From contig JBPOGI010000001.1 in the NCBI GenBank assembly GCA_051251855.1, positions 1,280,001-1,344,000 on the forward strand: a stretch of 64,000 nt of DNA, given 5' to 3'. Of the stretch, positions 29,143-38,078 are shown one piece after another. The notes beneath the pieces were generated by a model. The model saw only the letters and a list, made by a program, of their open reading frames with translations. It searched no databases and was not told where the DNA came from. The DNA comes from Roseibacillus sp. GTDB lineage: Bacteria; Verrucomicrobiota; Verrucomicrobiia; Verrucomicrobiales; Akkermansiaceae. Numbering within the stretch: position 1 is the first letter of the stretch; each line of letters opens with the position of its first letter. A program made the translations under genes and the position numbers.

Positions 29143-29185
29143 AATCCTTGAAAGCCTACTCTTTTTCCCGAATCGTTGCAAAGAG

Positions 29186-30367
29186 ATGCAGATGGGTGCA
29201 CAGAACCGAAATCGTGGTGACTACGTCGATGTTAGAGCCGTCGCAAAGACTTCAGAACACTTCAAGAAACACCGCTATCGATGGATCGTAGAAGCCAGAC
29301 TAAACGATAAACGAATCAGGAAATACTTCCGGAACGGGCAGGCTAGCGAACGCGATATTTGTGAAGCCGAACTCAAGGCCCTTATTGACGAACACAGTAA
29401 AGACACTCGTGACAAAGCTGCGGACCACAAACTTCAAAAGCTCGCCGTAGAGGCTGACTCTATGCTCGCCCCCTTCGGCAAGACGATTGTCGATGCCGCG
29501 CGATTCTACGCAAACTATCTGGAACAAGAATCAACCAAAGAGAGCACTCCCCTTTCACAGGTCATTCAAAAATTCCTCAAAGAGAAAAAACAAGAAGGAG
29601 TGAGCGACTTACATCAGGCTGACCTCCGTCAACGTCTGGCCCGGTTCGATAAGGCTCACCCCAACCGCAGCCTTTCGAGTTTCACACGCAACGAAATCAG
29701 CGAGTGGATCTTAGCGCTTCCAGTTGGGCCTCAAGCAAGAATCAACCAGAGACGCATTCTACATAATCTTTTCCGCTATGCTGTAGACAGTGAACTACTC
29801 TCAACTAACCCCGTGACTACTGCTGCGAAGGGCATCAAAGTGAGACGAAAGAAGACCGTTATCCTGCTCCCTGAAGAAGTTTCCACCCTACTAAAGCACT
29901 GCACTGCAAAGACACTTCCCGCTGTCTGTCTGATGGTCTTTTGTGGAATCCGAAAAGACGAAGTTGGACGCCTCGACTGGAAAGACATTGATTGGGAAGA
30001 TTGCACCGTCGAGGTGTCTGCTGAAAACGCCAAACGAGAAAGTCACGCCCGCCATGTGACGATACCTGCCAATGCGATAAAGTGGCTACGTCCCCTTAAA
30101 AAATTGCGAGGACCCATTGCTCCTTTTAAAACTAGCAATGTCTTCACGAAGGCCCTTCAAGACACGCGTCGTGAAGCCGGGTGGGAACCCGGCCAGTGGC
30201 CCAACAATGCCCTCCGAAAAACCTTCATTAGTTGCCACTATGAAAGCTTTGGAAGCATCGACGAGACAGCTCGCCAAGCGGGAACAAGCGTTGGCATCAT
30301 TCACCGCTACTACCGGAAGCTCATTAAGCCAGCAATGGCCAAAAAACTCTGGAAAATCTCCCCCTAA
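29186..30367 (+). CDS. Tyrosine recombinase / phage integrase
   Basis: GIRKDEV (R), AKRESHAR (K), NNALRKT, IHRYY (Y); adjacent to att. Confidence 0.92.
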   Translation: MQMGAQNRNRGDYVDVRAVAKTSEHFKKHRYRWIVEARLNDKRIRKYFRNGQASERDICEAELKALIDEHSKDTRDKAADHKLQKLAVEADSMLAPFGKTIVDAARFYANYLEQESTKESTPLSQVIQKFLKEKKQEGVSDLHQADLRQRLARFDKAHPNRSLSSFTRNEISEWILALPVGPQARINQRRILHNLFRYAVDSELLSTNPVTTAAKGIKVRRKKTVILLPEEVSTLLKHCTAKTLPAVCLMVFCGIRKDEVGRLDWKDIDWEDCTVEVSAENAKRESHARHVTIPANAIKWLRPLKKLRGPIAPFKTSNVFTKALQDTRREAGWEPGQWPNNALRKTFISCHYESFGSIDETARQAGTSVGIIHRYYRKLIKPAMAKKLWKISP

Positions 30368-30386
30368 ACGAACCTATCACCTCAAG

Positions 30387-31382
30387 ATGGAATACCGGAA
30401 AATTCGTAAGCCTCTTCCTCCTCATCTGGGTGGTCGTGAGGGAAATGAGGCGCTTTTTGAATATTTCTATAATTCCGCTTGGGCGCTTACAGGACGGGGG
30501 CGGTGTCCTTTTCCCGATTTTAGCGAGGCTGAGCAGGCTCACAAGGGGTCAATTTCGGCGCTGATAACAGATCCACAATGGAAAGAGTTCGCAGCAAATT
30601 TTGATAACTGCGAGGCTATGGAGCGGCGTCTCAAAACGTTCGTCAATCAGTTCCCAGCTTGGAGAATTCCTAGAAAAAACGAGCGCCAAGAGACGTCTCA
30701 GAAACAATCTTCTTTCCTTGTAGAAGATGAGTTCATGCATATTGATTCTTTCACCCGTGGGATAGTGGAGTCACTCAGGCTTGATGGCAATGAGACTTAC
30801 GAAGACTTTGTAGCTGACCATTTCACCGAGGATCAAGAGAACCGGTCAGCGGTCACCGCAGACCTCATTCACGAACTTGATCAAGAAGTCATTGATGCCC
30901 TTTTAACTGAACGAGACGATTGGGAAAAATTAGCAACGCGCTTCGCTTATTTCATCCAAGACATTTTGACAAATGAGGAATCTTACAAAGACTTCTGCAA
31001 ACGAGCAAAAAAAAGGACGAGAGCTTCTCAAGAAAACGTGAACACCGTTCCGATCCTGAACGGCTTTTTATCCTTTTGTCACAGAGAGAAGAGACTGCCC
31101 GAGAAGAGCGAACTAAATCGGGAAGCTAATAGCTGGAACAATGCCACCGCTTACTTCCTAGGAAGTGGAGTGACTGCTCCCAGTATCGGCAAACGAATAT
31201 CCCAGAAGGATGAAGGTGAAATGGTGGTAATAGAGCCTCTGTTTGGCCTCCTAAAACACCATGGGCTGCCAATTTTTTGGACAATTCCAGCCCCCAAGCA
31301 TGAGGAGCAGTTTCTGGAAAAATCCTCACTTACCAAAGCCCTCAAAGACCTAGGCTTAAATGGTCTAAGAGCAAGCCGATAG
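30387..31382 (+). CDS. Hypothetical protein
   Basis: Start taken at MEYRKIRK, 19 bp after the integrase stop; the upstream part of the track ORF overlaps the integrase. Confidence 0.7.
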   Translation: MEYRKIRKPLPPHLGGREGNEALFEYFYNSAWALTGRGRCPFPDFSEAEQAHKGSISALITDPQWKEFAANFDNCEAMERRLKTFVNQFPAWRIPRKNERQETSQKQSSFLVEDEFMHIDSFTRGIVESLRLDGNETYEDFVADHFTEDQENRSAVTADLIHELDQEVIDALLTERDDWEKLATRFAYFIQDILTNEESYKDFCKRAKKRTRASQENVNTVPILNGFLSFCHREKRLPEKSELNREANSWNNATAYFLGSGVTAPSIGKRISQKDEGEMVVIEPLFGLLKHHGLPIFWTIPAPKHEEQFLEKSSLTKALKDLGLNGLRASR

Positions 31383-31501
31383 GCTTTCGTTTGACGCCTC
31401 ATGGCTAGTCAAGAACTCACACTACTAATGACGTGTTTTATTCTTAGTAGTGCTAAGGCTCTCGCTCGGGCTCTTCTCTGTCAGGTTCTGGCTTCAACTT
31501 C

Positions 31502-31753
31502 ATGCAGCCTCAATCTAGTCACCGCCCTCCCCCCGCAGAGCCAAGCAGCTTAGTCGGCATACAAGCTTGTCTCGAAATTATCTTTCCCGACGAAAATTCC
31601 CGTCCAAGTCTTCGCGCATTCCACGATTGGAAACGGCGAGGCTACTTCCCCCAAGTCAAAATTGGAAGCCGCGTCTTCTTGGACCCCGAGCAGGTCCGGG
31701 CCTCACTTGTCGAGAAATTCTCGTCCGAACAGGGCGAAATATCAAATCGCTAG
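31502..31753 (+). CDS. Small HTH DNA-binding protein, excisionase-like
   Basis: PSLRAFHDWKRRGYFPQVKIGSRVFLDPEQV resembles the Xis/MerR-like HTH-wing; position in element fits. Confidence 0.75.
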   Translation: MQPQSSHRPPPAEPSSLVGIQACLEIIFPDENSRPSLRAFHDWKRRGYFPQVKIGSRVFLDPEQVRASLVEKFSSEQGEISNR

Positions 31754-31824
31754 CAATACTCGCTCCAAGGGGTCCCCGCCCCTCGAAGCAAGATAACAAC
31801 TAACAGGGGAACTAAGAAAAAAAT

Positions 31825-32559
31825 ATGAAAGAAAATAGCCCGCTCCCCCCCGAGGGAGATAGTAACGAAATCCAAGATGACCAAGCTTGGGAAAATACCG
31901 AAAGGGGTGGTGAGACACCCCTCCCGGATAAGGAAAAAAGCAAGTTCGAACCTACGATCTTTCCGCCGGAAGGTTACACCCAACAGGATGAAAATGTCAC
32001 GCCAGAAAAGACTGATATTTTCGATGATCTCACATCACTTGGACGGCCCTTAGATGAGGTCATTCCATCTCGTAAGATCATGACGTCGTTGCCTCTACGG
32101 AAACCTCGTAGGGATGAATGGGTCCGACTTCACCGAGAGATTCTGGCCCGAGTCTACATTTACGAATCAAAAAGTGACGGTTCCTCGTATCTTGTAACGC
32201 CAGAGGTCGTCGAGCCTTTGTCTGATGTCGTGAGGTATGTCCAGTTGACCTTGGCGGTGAACTACGTCGGCTCGGTATTCGCTTGGCCCGTTCCGGTTCC
32301 GACCGAAAGCAGGCCGCACCGGGCTCATTTGACTGCCTTTGCAGGTGCTGAACAGGCGACTACTAAGTGGATTCGTATTTCTTGGGGGGATGGAGAGTAC
32401 GATGTCTTCCAACGCTCCTCGACTAAAGCCGAACCTGTTTGGCCAGAAGAAATCAAAACCCCGAGTGAGATGTTACGCTTCATTGCGAAGTCAGGCGGCT
32501 TCGAAGTGATCGATTCAGCTGACCACCCGGTAGTTCAAGGACATCTAGGCCTCGACTAA
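31825..32559 (+). CDS. Hypothetical protein upstream of PolA, possibly ssDNA-binding/replication accessory
   Basis: Acidic N-terminus, RKPRRDEWVR, FAWPV, WIRISW, EPVWP; function inferred from position. Confidence 0.65.
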   Translation: MKENSPLPPEGDSNEIQDDQAWENTERGGETPLPDKEKSKFEPTIFPPEGYTQQDENVTPEKTDIFDDLTSLGRPLDEVIPSRKIMTSLPLRKPRRDEWVRLHREILARVYIYESKSDGSSYLVTPEVVEPLSDVVRYVQLTLAVNYVGSVFAWPVPVPTESRPHRAHLTAFAGAEQATTKWIRISWGDGEYDVFQRSSTKAEPVWPEEIKTPSEMLRFIAKSGGFEVIDSADHPVVQGHLGLD

Positions 32560-32611
32560 TGTTATAACCAGTAGAGCCCTTCATCTTTCCGATGGAGGGC
32601 TCACTTTCTGA

Positions 32612-34354
32612 ATGAAAACATTTTGCATAGACTTTGAGTATCGCGCAGAGAACGGGCGATCTCTCCAAATTTGGTGCGTCGCATGGGTTTGTCTCGAAAC
32701 CGGAGAAGAAAAAACACTTTGGCTTGATCGCGACAATACCACCACCCCTTTCCCAAAAGAGTTTCGAATGGTCGCCCACTATGCTCTCGCAGAATTATCC
32801 TGTTTTCTCGAACTAGGATGGAAGTTGCCAAATGAGGTTATCGACACCTTGGTTGAGGCGCGAACTGTGAGAGGACAAAGAGCGCCAGCATTGGGGGGCT
32901 GGAGTTTACTCTCAGTAGCCAACTCATGTGGCATACGAACCATGAGCTCTGAGCACAAAAACGAAATGCGTGACCTAGCGATGGGCCACATCGTCCCAGA
33001 GGATAAAAGGACAGAGTTAGAGCTATACTGTCTAGATGATGCGCTCGCAGGGCTTGCCGTATACAAAACCCTTGAACCCAGAATAGAACAAAATGAAGCG
33101 ATCCTCCGGGGGAGATTCTTAAAATCTTTGGCACTGATAGAGCGCCGAGGAATTCCGAGTGATCGTGACCTAGTCGTGAAGCTAACAGAGCATCACTCCG
33201 CAATCCTCGAAGCCTCTTGGTTAAAGGCTAAAGACAGCTACCCTGGGGTCATCTCCGAAACCGGAAAATTCTCATCAAGGGCTTGGGCCGATTGGTGTGA
33301 GAGCCACAACATTCGTTGGCCTCAACTCGCTAGCGGCTTACCAGCCTTGGACGCAGACACTTTTAAAAGAGCTGCCGAGATTCACCCGGTTGTTAGATTG
33401 ATGGGCAACGCACGAAAAATGAGAGGTCAAAACCGAAAGTTTGATTTTCCCTTGTGCTCCGATAATCGCCTTCGGTGCATGTTGTCACCTTTCTCTTCCG
33501 ATACGGGGCGGAACCAACCGCCCAGCAGTAAGTTCATATTCGGGGCGAGTTCTTGGTTGCGGTCTATTGTATCTTGCCCCGAAGGCAAAGTTTTAGCCTA
33601 CGTTGATTACACTTCACAAGAAGTTGGTCTAGCGGCAGCCCTGTCGAAAGACAGAGCCCTTCTTTCGGACTACGAGAGCGGAGACCCTTACATCGCTTTT
33701 GCGATTCGAGCGGGTGCTGCGCCCTCAGGTTCGACGAAGAAGACACACCCTAACGAGCGAGCGAGCTACAAAACCGCAGCACTTGCGATCCAGTATGGCA
33801 TAGGTGAAGTATCTCTAGCCGGAAACCTTGGTATTCCACTCCCCGCTGCCAAGCGACTAGTGAGAGAACACCAGTCTGCGTATCCCAAATATTGGCAATG
33901 GCGCCAAACTGTTGTTGATGAGGTAAACTGCGGAGGTACTATCTCAACTCAGTTTGGATGGCAGCGTAAGGCTAAGCAAAAAGATTCAGCAAACTCAGTC
34001 GCCAACTTCCCTGTCCAGGCCGCAGGCGCAGAGATTCTCAGGATTGCCATCATTGCTCTGGAAGAATCCGGCCACAGTGTTGTTGCTCCTGTGCACGATG
34101 CTGTCTTGGTTGAAATGGAGTATGAGGGCTGGACCGAAGAGCTAGCAGAAGTTCGTAGACTGATGAGTAAGGCGGCTAAGGCTGTCACCGGAGGTCTTTC
34201 TATCCCCACAGATGTTGAACTTACCTTTCCAGGCGAAAACTTCCTGGATTCAAGAGGACAAAGCTTCTGGGAAATCGTGAAGCCCGTCATTGGACGAGGT
34301 CCTCTGATGAACCCTAAATTTGATGCATTCCGAGCCTCAGAATCCCAGATGTGA
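32612..34354 (+). CDS. Family A DNA polymerase with 3'-5' exonuclease and no 5' nuclease
   Basis: ExoI IDFEY, ExoIII YCLDD, TGRN, motif A DYTSQE, motif B RASYKTAALAIQYG, NFPVQ, motif C VHDAV. Confidence 0.93.
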   Translation: MKTFCIDFEYRAENGRSLQIWCVAWVCLETGEEKTLWLDRDNTTTPFPKEFRMVAHYALAELSCFLELGWKLPNEVIDTLVEARTVRGQRAPALGGWSLLSVANSCGIRTMSSEHKNEMRDLAMGHIVPEDKRTELELYCLDDALAGLAVYKTLEPRIEQNEAILRGRFLKSLALIERRGIPSDRDLVVKLTEHHSAILEASWLKAKDSYPGVISETGKFSSRAWADWCESHNIRWPQLASGLPALDADTFKRAAEIHPVVRLMGNARKMRGQNRKFDFPLCSDNRLRCMLSPFSSDTGRNQPPSSKFIFGASSWLRSIVSCPEGKVLAYVDYTSQEVGLAAALSKDRALLSDYESGDPYIAFAIRAGAAPSGSTKKTHPNERASYKTAALAIQYGIGEVSLAGNLGIPLPAAKRLVREHQSAYPKYWQWRQTVVDEVNCGGTISTQFGWQRKAKQKDSANSVANFPVQAAGAEILRIAIIALEESGHSVVAPVHDAVLVEMEYEGWTEELAEVRRLMSKAAKAVTGGLSIPTDVELTFPGENFLDSRGQSFWEIVKPVIGRGPLMNPKFDAFRASESQM

Positions 34355-34383
34355 GGATTCCCATTCTCTTTAATATAATAGAC

Positions 34384-34887
34384 ATGAGCTTCCCTACCAA
34401 CTCTTCAAAAACAACTTCTCCACGTTCGCCCTCATGGGTAGCTGAACGAGATGCACTCCGCGAACTTGGCGATAGAAAAACTCGCACCATATTGGCTGTT
34501 TATCTGGCTCGGAGAAGCGCTCGAAGGTTGCACTTTTTCGTCCACCCAGATCTAGCCAAGCTCTATGGCCTCAGTCCTTCAGATCTAAATTGGGCTCTCG
34601 ATAGACTAGAGGGTGAACTTGTTGAAACGCTGGGAAGTAAAAAGGGCCGATATCGTAAGCTTAGACTTATCCCCGACTTTGAAAACTCTGTGGGGAATGA
34701 GCCACATCCTCAGCATGATTTTGAGAGGAAATCCAAAAGAGCCTCTCTTCATGGAGAAAAGCTTATCCCCCACTCCGACCTTTTGGTCCGTCAGCCCCCC
34801 GATAGCCAGAGAGGACTTGCACCTGAGATCATTGAAACGCTAAGGCAACTAGGAGCGACAAAACAGACACGATTAGAATCGAAGTAA
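34384..34887 (+). CDS. Hypothetical protein, possible winged HTH
   Basis: DLAKLYGLSPSDLNWALDRLEGELVE..KGR pattern. Confidence 0.55.
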   Translation: MSFPTNSSKTTSPRSPSWVAERDALRELGDRKTRTILAVYLARRSARRLHFFVHPDLAKLYGLSPSDLNWALDRLEGELVETLGSKKGRYRKLRLIPDFENSVGNEPHPQHDFERKSKRASLHGEKLIPHSDLLVRQPPDSQRGLAPEIIETLRQLGATKQTRLESK

Positions 34888-35004
34888 CAAATTTTTTAAG
34901 CTCTCTGCACATACTCCTCTGCACTCATTCAATTCTATGTGATCTTGAGAGATCACAGATCCGCTGCGCCCCGGCGACGAAATGAACCTTTATTCTTCAA
35001 TCCC

Positions 35005-36390
35005 ATGGAATCCAAATCAGTCGAACGTCTTCAGGCCTTCCTTTCGCAATTCAATCTCACCGATCTCGGTGACGGCGATCTAGTCGCAGGTGCTAACACC
35101 TTGGCCGCTCACCTCTGCTCGATAGCCAACCTTTCCCGCCCGGGTAGCTGTATCATGACCGAAAACGAAAGGACTTTCGGAATCGGCGTCAATCTCGTGG
35201 TGAGCGGTGGCTTGAGTTCCAGCCTTTGCTCTGAACACATCGGCTCCCAGCTCGCGCAATACCAAGACAGTTTCAACGCTCACACGAAAAGCTTCTTACT
35301 AGCGGCCAAGGAGGATCAAGAGTCCCCGAATCGGCACGAATGGTCCAACCTATCTGAGTTCAAAGGCAACCCGGCGCAAAACACCTTCTTTGGCCTTCAA
35401 CAGGAAGAGCACATGCCTTTGCAGACCACAGAGAAAGAGTGGGAATACGTTCTGTATTCTCCCCCTCACCCCTCCCGAGAAGAGCTTTATCGAAACTCCC
35501 AAGTGTATCTCCGGACAAGCGAACCCAACAAAACCACCCCATGCCTCGCCCATGCGCATAGCGGGAAGCCCTTTCTCCACTTTGGGATGCAGTCTCCCGA
35601 ACAGTTCATAGGCTCTCAAGCTATCCTCAGTAAGATCATGGATGGCTACAATGTGGGGTCCTCCCCGCCCTCTTTCCATCGAGGCTCTGTCCTTGTTGAG
35701 GATTCTACCAACTCCTTCTACCGAGTCATCAGGAATAGCCCTGACAACTTCCCTAGATTCATTTGGCTGCTTGATGGTGGATCGGGCATGAATCTACCCC
35801 AGCCACCAATCAATACGAAGAACACCTCAAAGCCAGTTGAGTTGAGGCATTTCAGATTGAGCCTCCTCACTGCTTTTGCCCGCCGGATTGATCACCATCA
35901 AGTTGGCCCTCAGTTCATCTCCCACGAACTCTCACGGCTACATGCAAAATGGGTTCGCTTTTTAGCAACTCAAGAAGAGGACTACCCAGGAATAACAGGC
36001 TTCGCAAAAAGTCTTCCTGCCACTCTCTTTTTTGGGCTCCAGGGGATCTCCAGCACATACTTCGAAGAGTCAAGGAAGGCTCTCAACGCGGCAGGCCTCT
36101 TTGAGTTTGCGCAGTATATTATACTGCGCTCCGTTGCGGCGCGAAAGGCCATCCTTTGGGCCGAGGAGATGGAGAGAGACCAACAGCTCAAAGTTCGTCT
36201 GTTAGCTAGGCTTCAGCCCGAGGCTCTGGAGAACCGTGAAATTTATCGCTCGCTCTGCATCTCGGCTGCTAAGTGCGAGGAACTCCTTACCGGCCTTGAG
36301 CGAGATGGAACCATCCGGCGAGAGAATAAAAAATGGCTTCTCACTAGTGAGCACCCCGAAAGCGCCCCAGCTCTCGAGCTGGCTTCATAG
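35005..36390 (+). CDS. Hypothetical protein with C-terminal wHTH; possibly degenerate DUF3987/YfjI-like
   Basis: Long ORF; C-terminal REIYRSLCISAAKCEELLTGLERDGTI; no intact Walker A. Confidence 0.6.
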   Translation: MESKSVERLQAFLSQFNLTDLGDGDLVAGANTLAAHLCSIANLSRPGSCIMTENERTFGIGVNLVVSGGLSSSLCSEHIGSQLAQYQDSFNAHTKSFLLAAKEDQESPNRHEWSNLSEFKGNPAQNTFFGLQQEEHMPLQTTEKEWEYVLYSPPHPSREELYRNSQVYLRTSEPNKTTPCLAHAHSGKPFLHFGMQSPEQFIGSQAILSKIMDGYNVGSSPPSFHRGSVLVEDSTNSFYRVIRNSPDNFPRFIWLLDGGSGMNLPQPPINTKNTSKPVELRHFRLSLLTAFARRIDHHQVGPQFISHELSRLHAKWVRFLATQEEDYPGITGFAKSLPATLFFGLQGISSTYFEESRKALNAAGLFEFAQYIILRSVAARKAILWAEEMERDQQLKVRLLARLQPEALENREIYRSLCISAAKCEELLTGLERDGTIRRENKKWLLTSEHPESAPALELAS

Positions 36391-36393
36391 GCA

Positions 36394-37731
36394 ATGAATG
36401 CAATCGGCAACTTTACGATTCCAGACAAGCTCAAGAAGCTCTCCGAGCCGAGTCTCGATGCTCTTCTAGAGTTTGCTACTTCGTGCTCTGAGGACCGCGA
36501 TACTCGGACACTCGTGGTAACCGCAGCAGTCCTGAGCTTCTGGCAGCTAGCTGGGAAGAGGACCGCCGGGACATTCCCCTCCCTAGTTTTCGTTAACGAC
36601 TCTACGGCTCCTCAAAGCCATGCCGTCGAAGCCGCTAAAAAACTTCTCACCCTACAAAGCGACCATACGCCACATGTGCAGAAAGAGGGCCCCTTTGCTT
36701 TCGGTGCTATCGAAAACGCCCCCGTACGAATGGCTACTGCTGTCAAAGACTACAATCACTCCTTAAAGCTAACCAAAGGGATTCCCGGCTCGAAGACCGC
36801 TACGCATTACCGTGGTGATTTCTACGCAGCCCAGAGGACTGGTTATGGATATGGTCGCAGCCGTCCTTATGCCAGTTCTTGGGACGAACACTTCGGACTT
36901 ATCAGCGACCAAGACAGCATCGTCACTTTGCGTCTCGAAACCGATGAGGACATCACCCTTCTCAAGCAAAATCTTCGGGACAAAAAAACTCTTCTCCCAC
37001 CAGAAGGATTCGGCAGGCCGTTAGCAATGGTTCCTAAAAGGATAGCCTTGGCCGGATCGCTTTCAGTCGAGCAATGGGACTTTGTAACAACCTCTCACTT
37101 GCTAACACTGGGACTCCCAATCATACCCCTTCCTGACATCAGCAAAGGAACTCTCATCGATCCCAACTGGCCGCATCTCGAGAATCTAGCGACGATGTGG
37201 CCCCAGACACAAGTTTCGCAGATAGGACCCATTTCCCGGTATTCGATGAAGAGCGAAAGTGATCGCCTCTACGAAAGACTTCGCCAGCGCCTCCATCTTC
37301 TTCCCGCAGACTACGAATTCGCCATCCTCACTCTCGTTCGCGAACTTTACTCGATGTGCTACAGCCTCGTCGGGCTGGCAGCCTCACAAAGCCCCCAGGA
37401 GTCGTTTCCCAAAATTGACGAGACGATCCACAAACTCTACGGCGAAACTCTACGCGGCATTACCCTCGGTGTTGAGTCCCTCACTTGGCACGGCCTCGGC
37501 CTGCCCACAAGCCACCCACCGGAACTGATCTCCAAGACTCTCCAGGTCCTTCGTGAGAACGGTTCCCTTTCACTCCGGGATCTTCAACGAAGTGCACGTC
37601 TCCTCACATCCACAGCCCGAGACGAGATTCTCGCTGGCTTGAAAGAGGTTGGCGTAGTTCGCGTTCAAAACAAGACTGCAACTGCCGCTACATTCTCGGA
37701 GTTCTCCCACGGACTCAGCGCTCGCGTGTGA
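36394..37731 (+). CDS. Hypothetical protein with C-terminal wHTH; possibly degenerate DUF3987/YfjI-like
   Basis: 3 bp after the previous gene; C-terminal LSLRDLQRSARLLTSTARDEILAGLKEVGVV. Confidence 0.6.
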   Translation: MNAIGNFTIPDKLKKLSEPSLDALLEFATSCSEDRDTRTLVVTAAVLSFWQLAGKRTAGTFPSLVFVNDSTAPQSHAVEAAKKLLTLQSDHTPHVQKEGPFAFGAIENAPVRMATAVKDYNHSLKLTKGIPGSKTATHYRGDFYAAQRTGYGYGRSRPYASSWDEHFGLISDQDSIVTLRLETDEDITLLKQNLRDKKTLLPPEGFGRPLAMVPKRIALAGSLSVEQWDFVTTSHLLTLGLPIIPLPDISKGTLIDPNWPHLENLATMWPQTQVSQIGPISRYSMKSESDRLYERLRQRLHLLPADYEFAILTLVRELYSMCYSLVGLAASQSPQESFPKIDETIHKLYGETLRGITLGVESLTWHGLGLPTSHPPELISKTLQVLRENGSLSLRDLQRSARLLTSTARDEILAGLKEVGVVRVQNKTATAATFSEFSHGLSARV

Positions 37732-37938
37732 CACCCTCGAAACGTCACACCTCATAAGGCGTTAATAATGATAAACTTGAAACGAAGAAGAAACCTTCTC
37801 TCGCGCTTTGTCACAGCATTTTAGCCTCTAGGTAATCAACAACCAAAATGGCTCTCTGACAAACCTGACAACTCAGACCCCGACTGACTATTAGCTGACA
37901 ACACTATGACATCCGCCGCCACTACCACTCAGCTGTCA
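37726..37938. repeat. TGACA/TGTCA repeat cluster; candidate origin or operator array
   Basis: GTGTGAC..GTCACAC inverted repeat (37726-37750); TGACA at 37729, 37857, 37866, 37896, 37907; TGTCA at 37809, 37934. Confidence 0.55.
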
Positions 37939-38078
37939 AATAAGAAAATATTACTTCCGAAAGTGAGCAAATAGACCTCCACCCAATACGACAGCTAGAG
38001 CATCGAATCCCTCCTCTTCGAAGGAGACTTCAACGATAGTTTCTCGCCTTCTCTGCTCGTTTATTCATTCTCTTCCCA

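Noticed and set aside
32612..34354. Housekeeping polA
   Set aside because: Only 580 aa, no 5' nuclease domain, located inside an integrative element
29186..37731. Intact prophage
   Set aside because: No capsid, terminase, tail or lysis genes in the window
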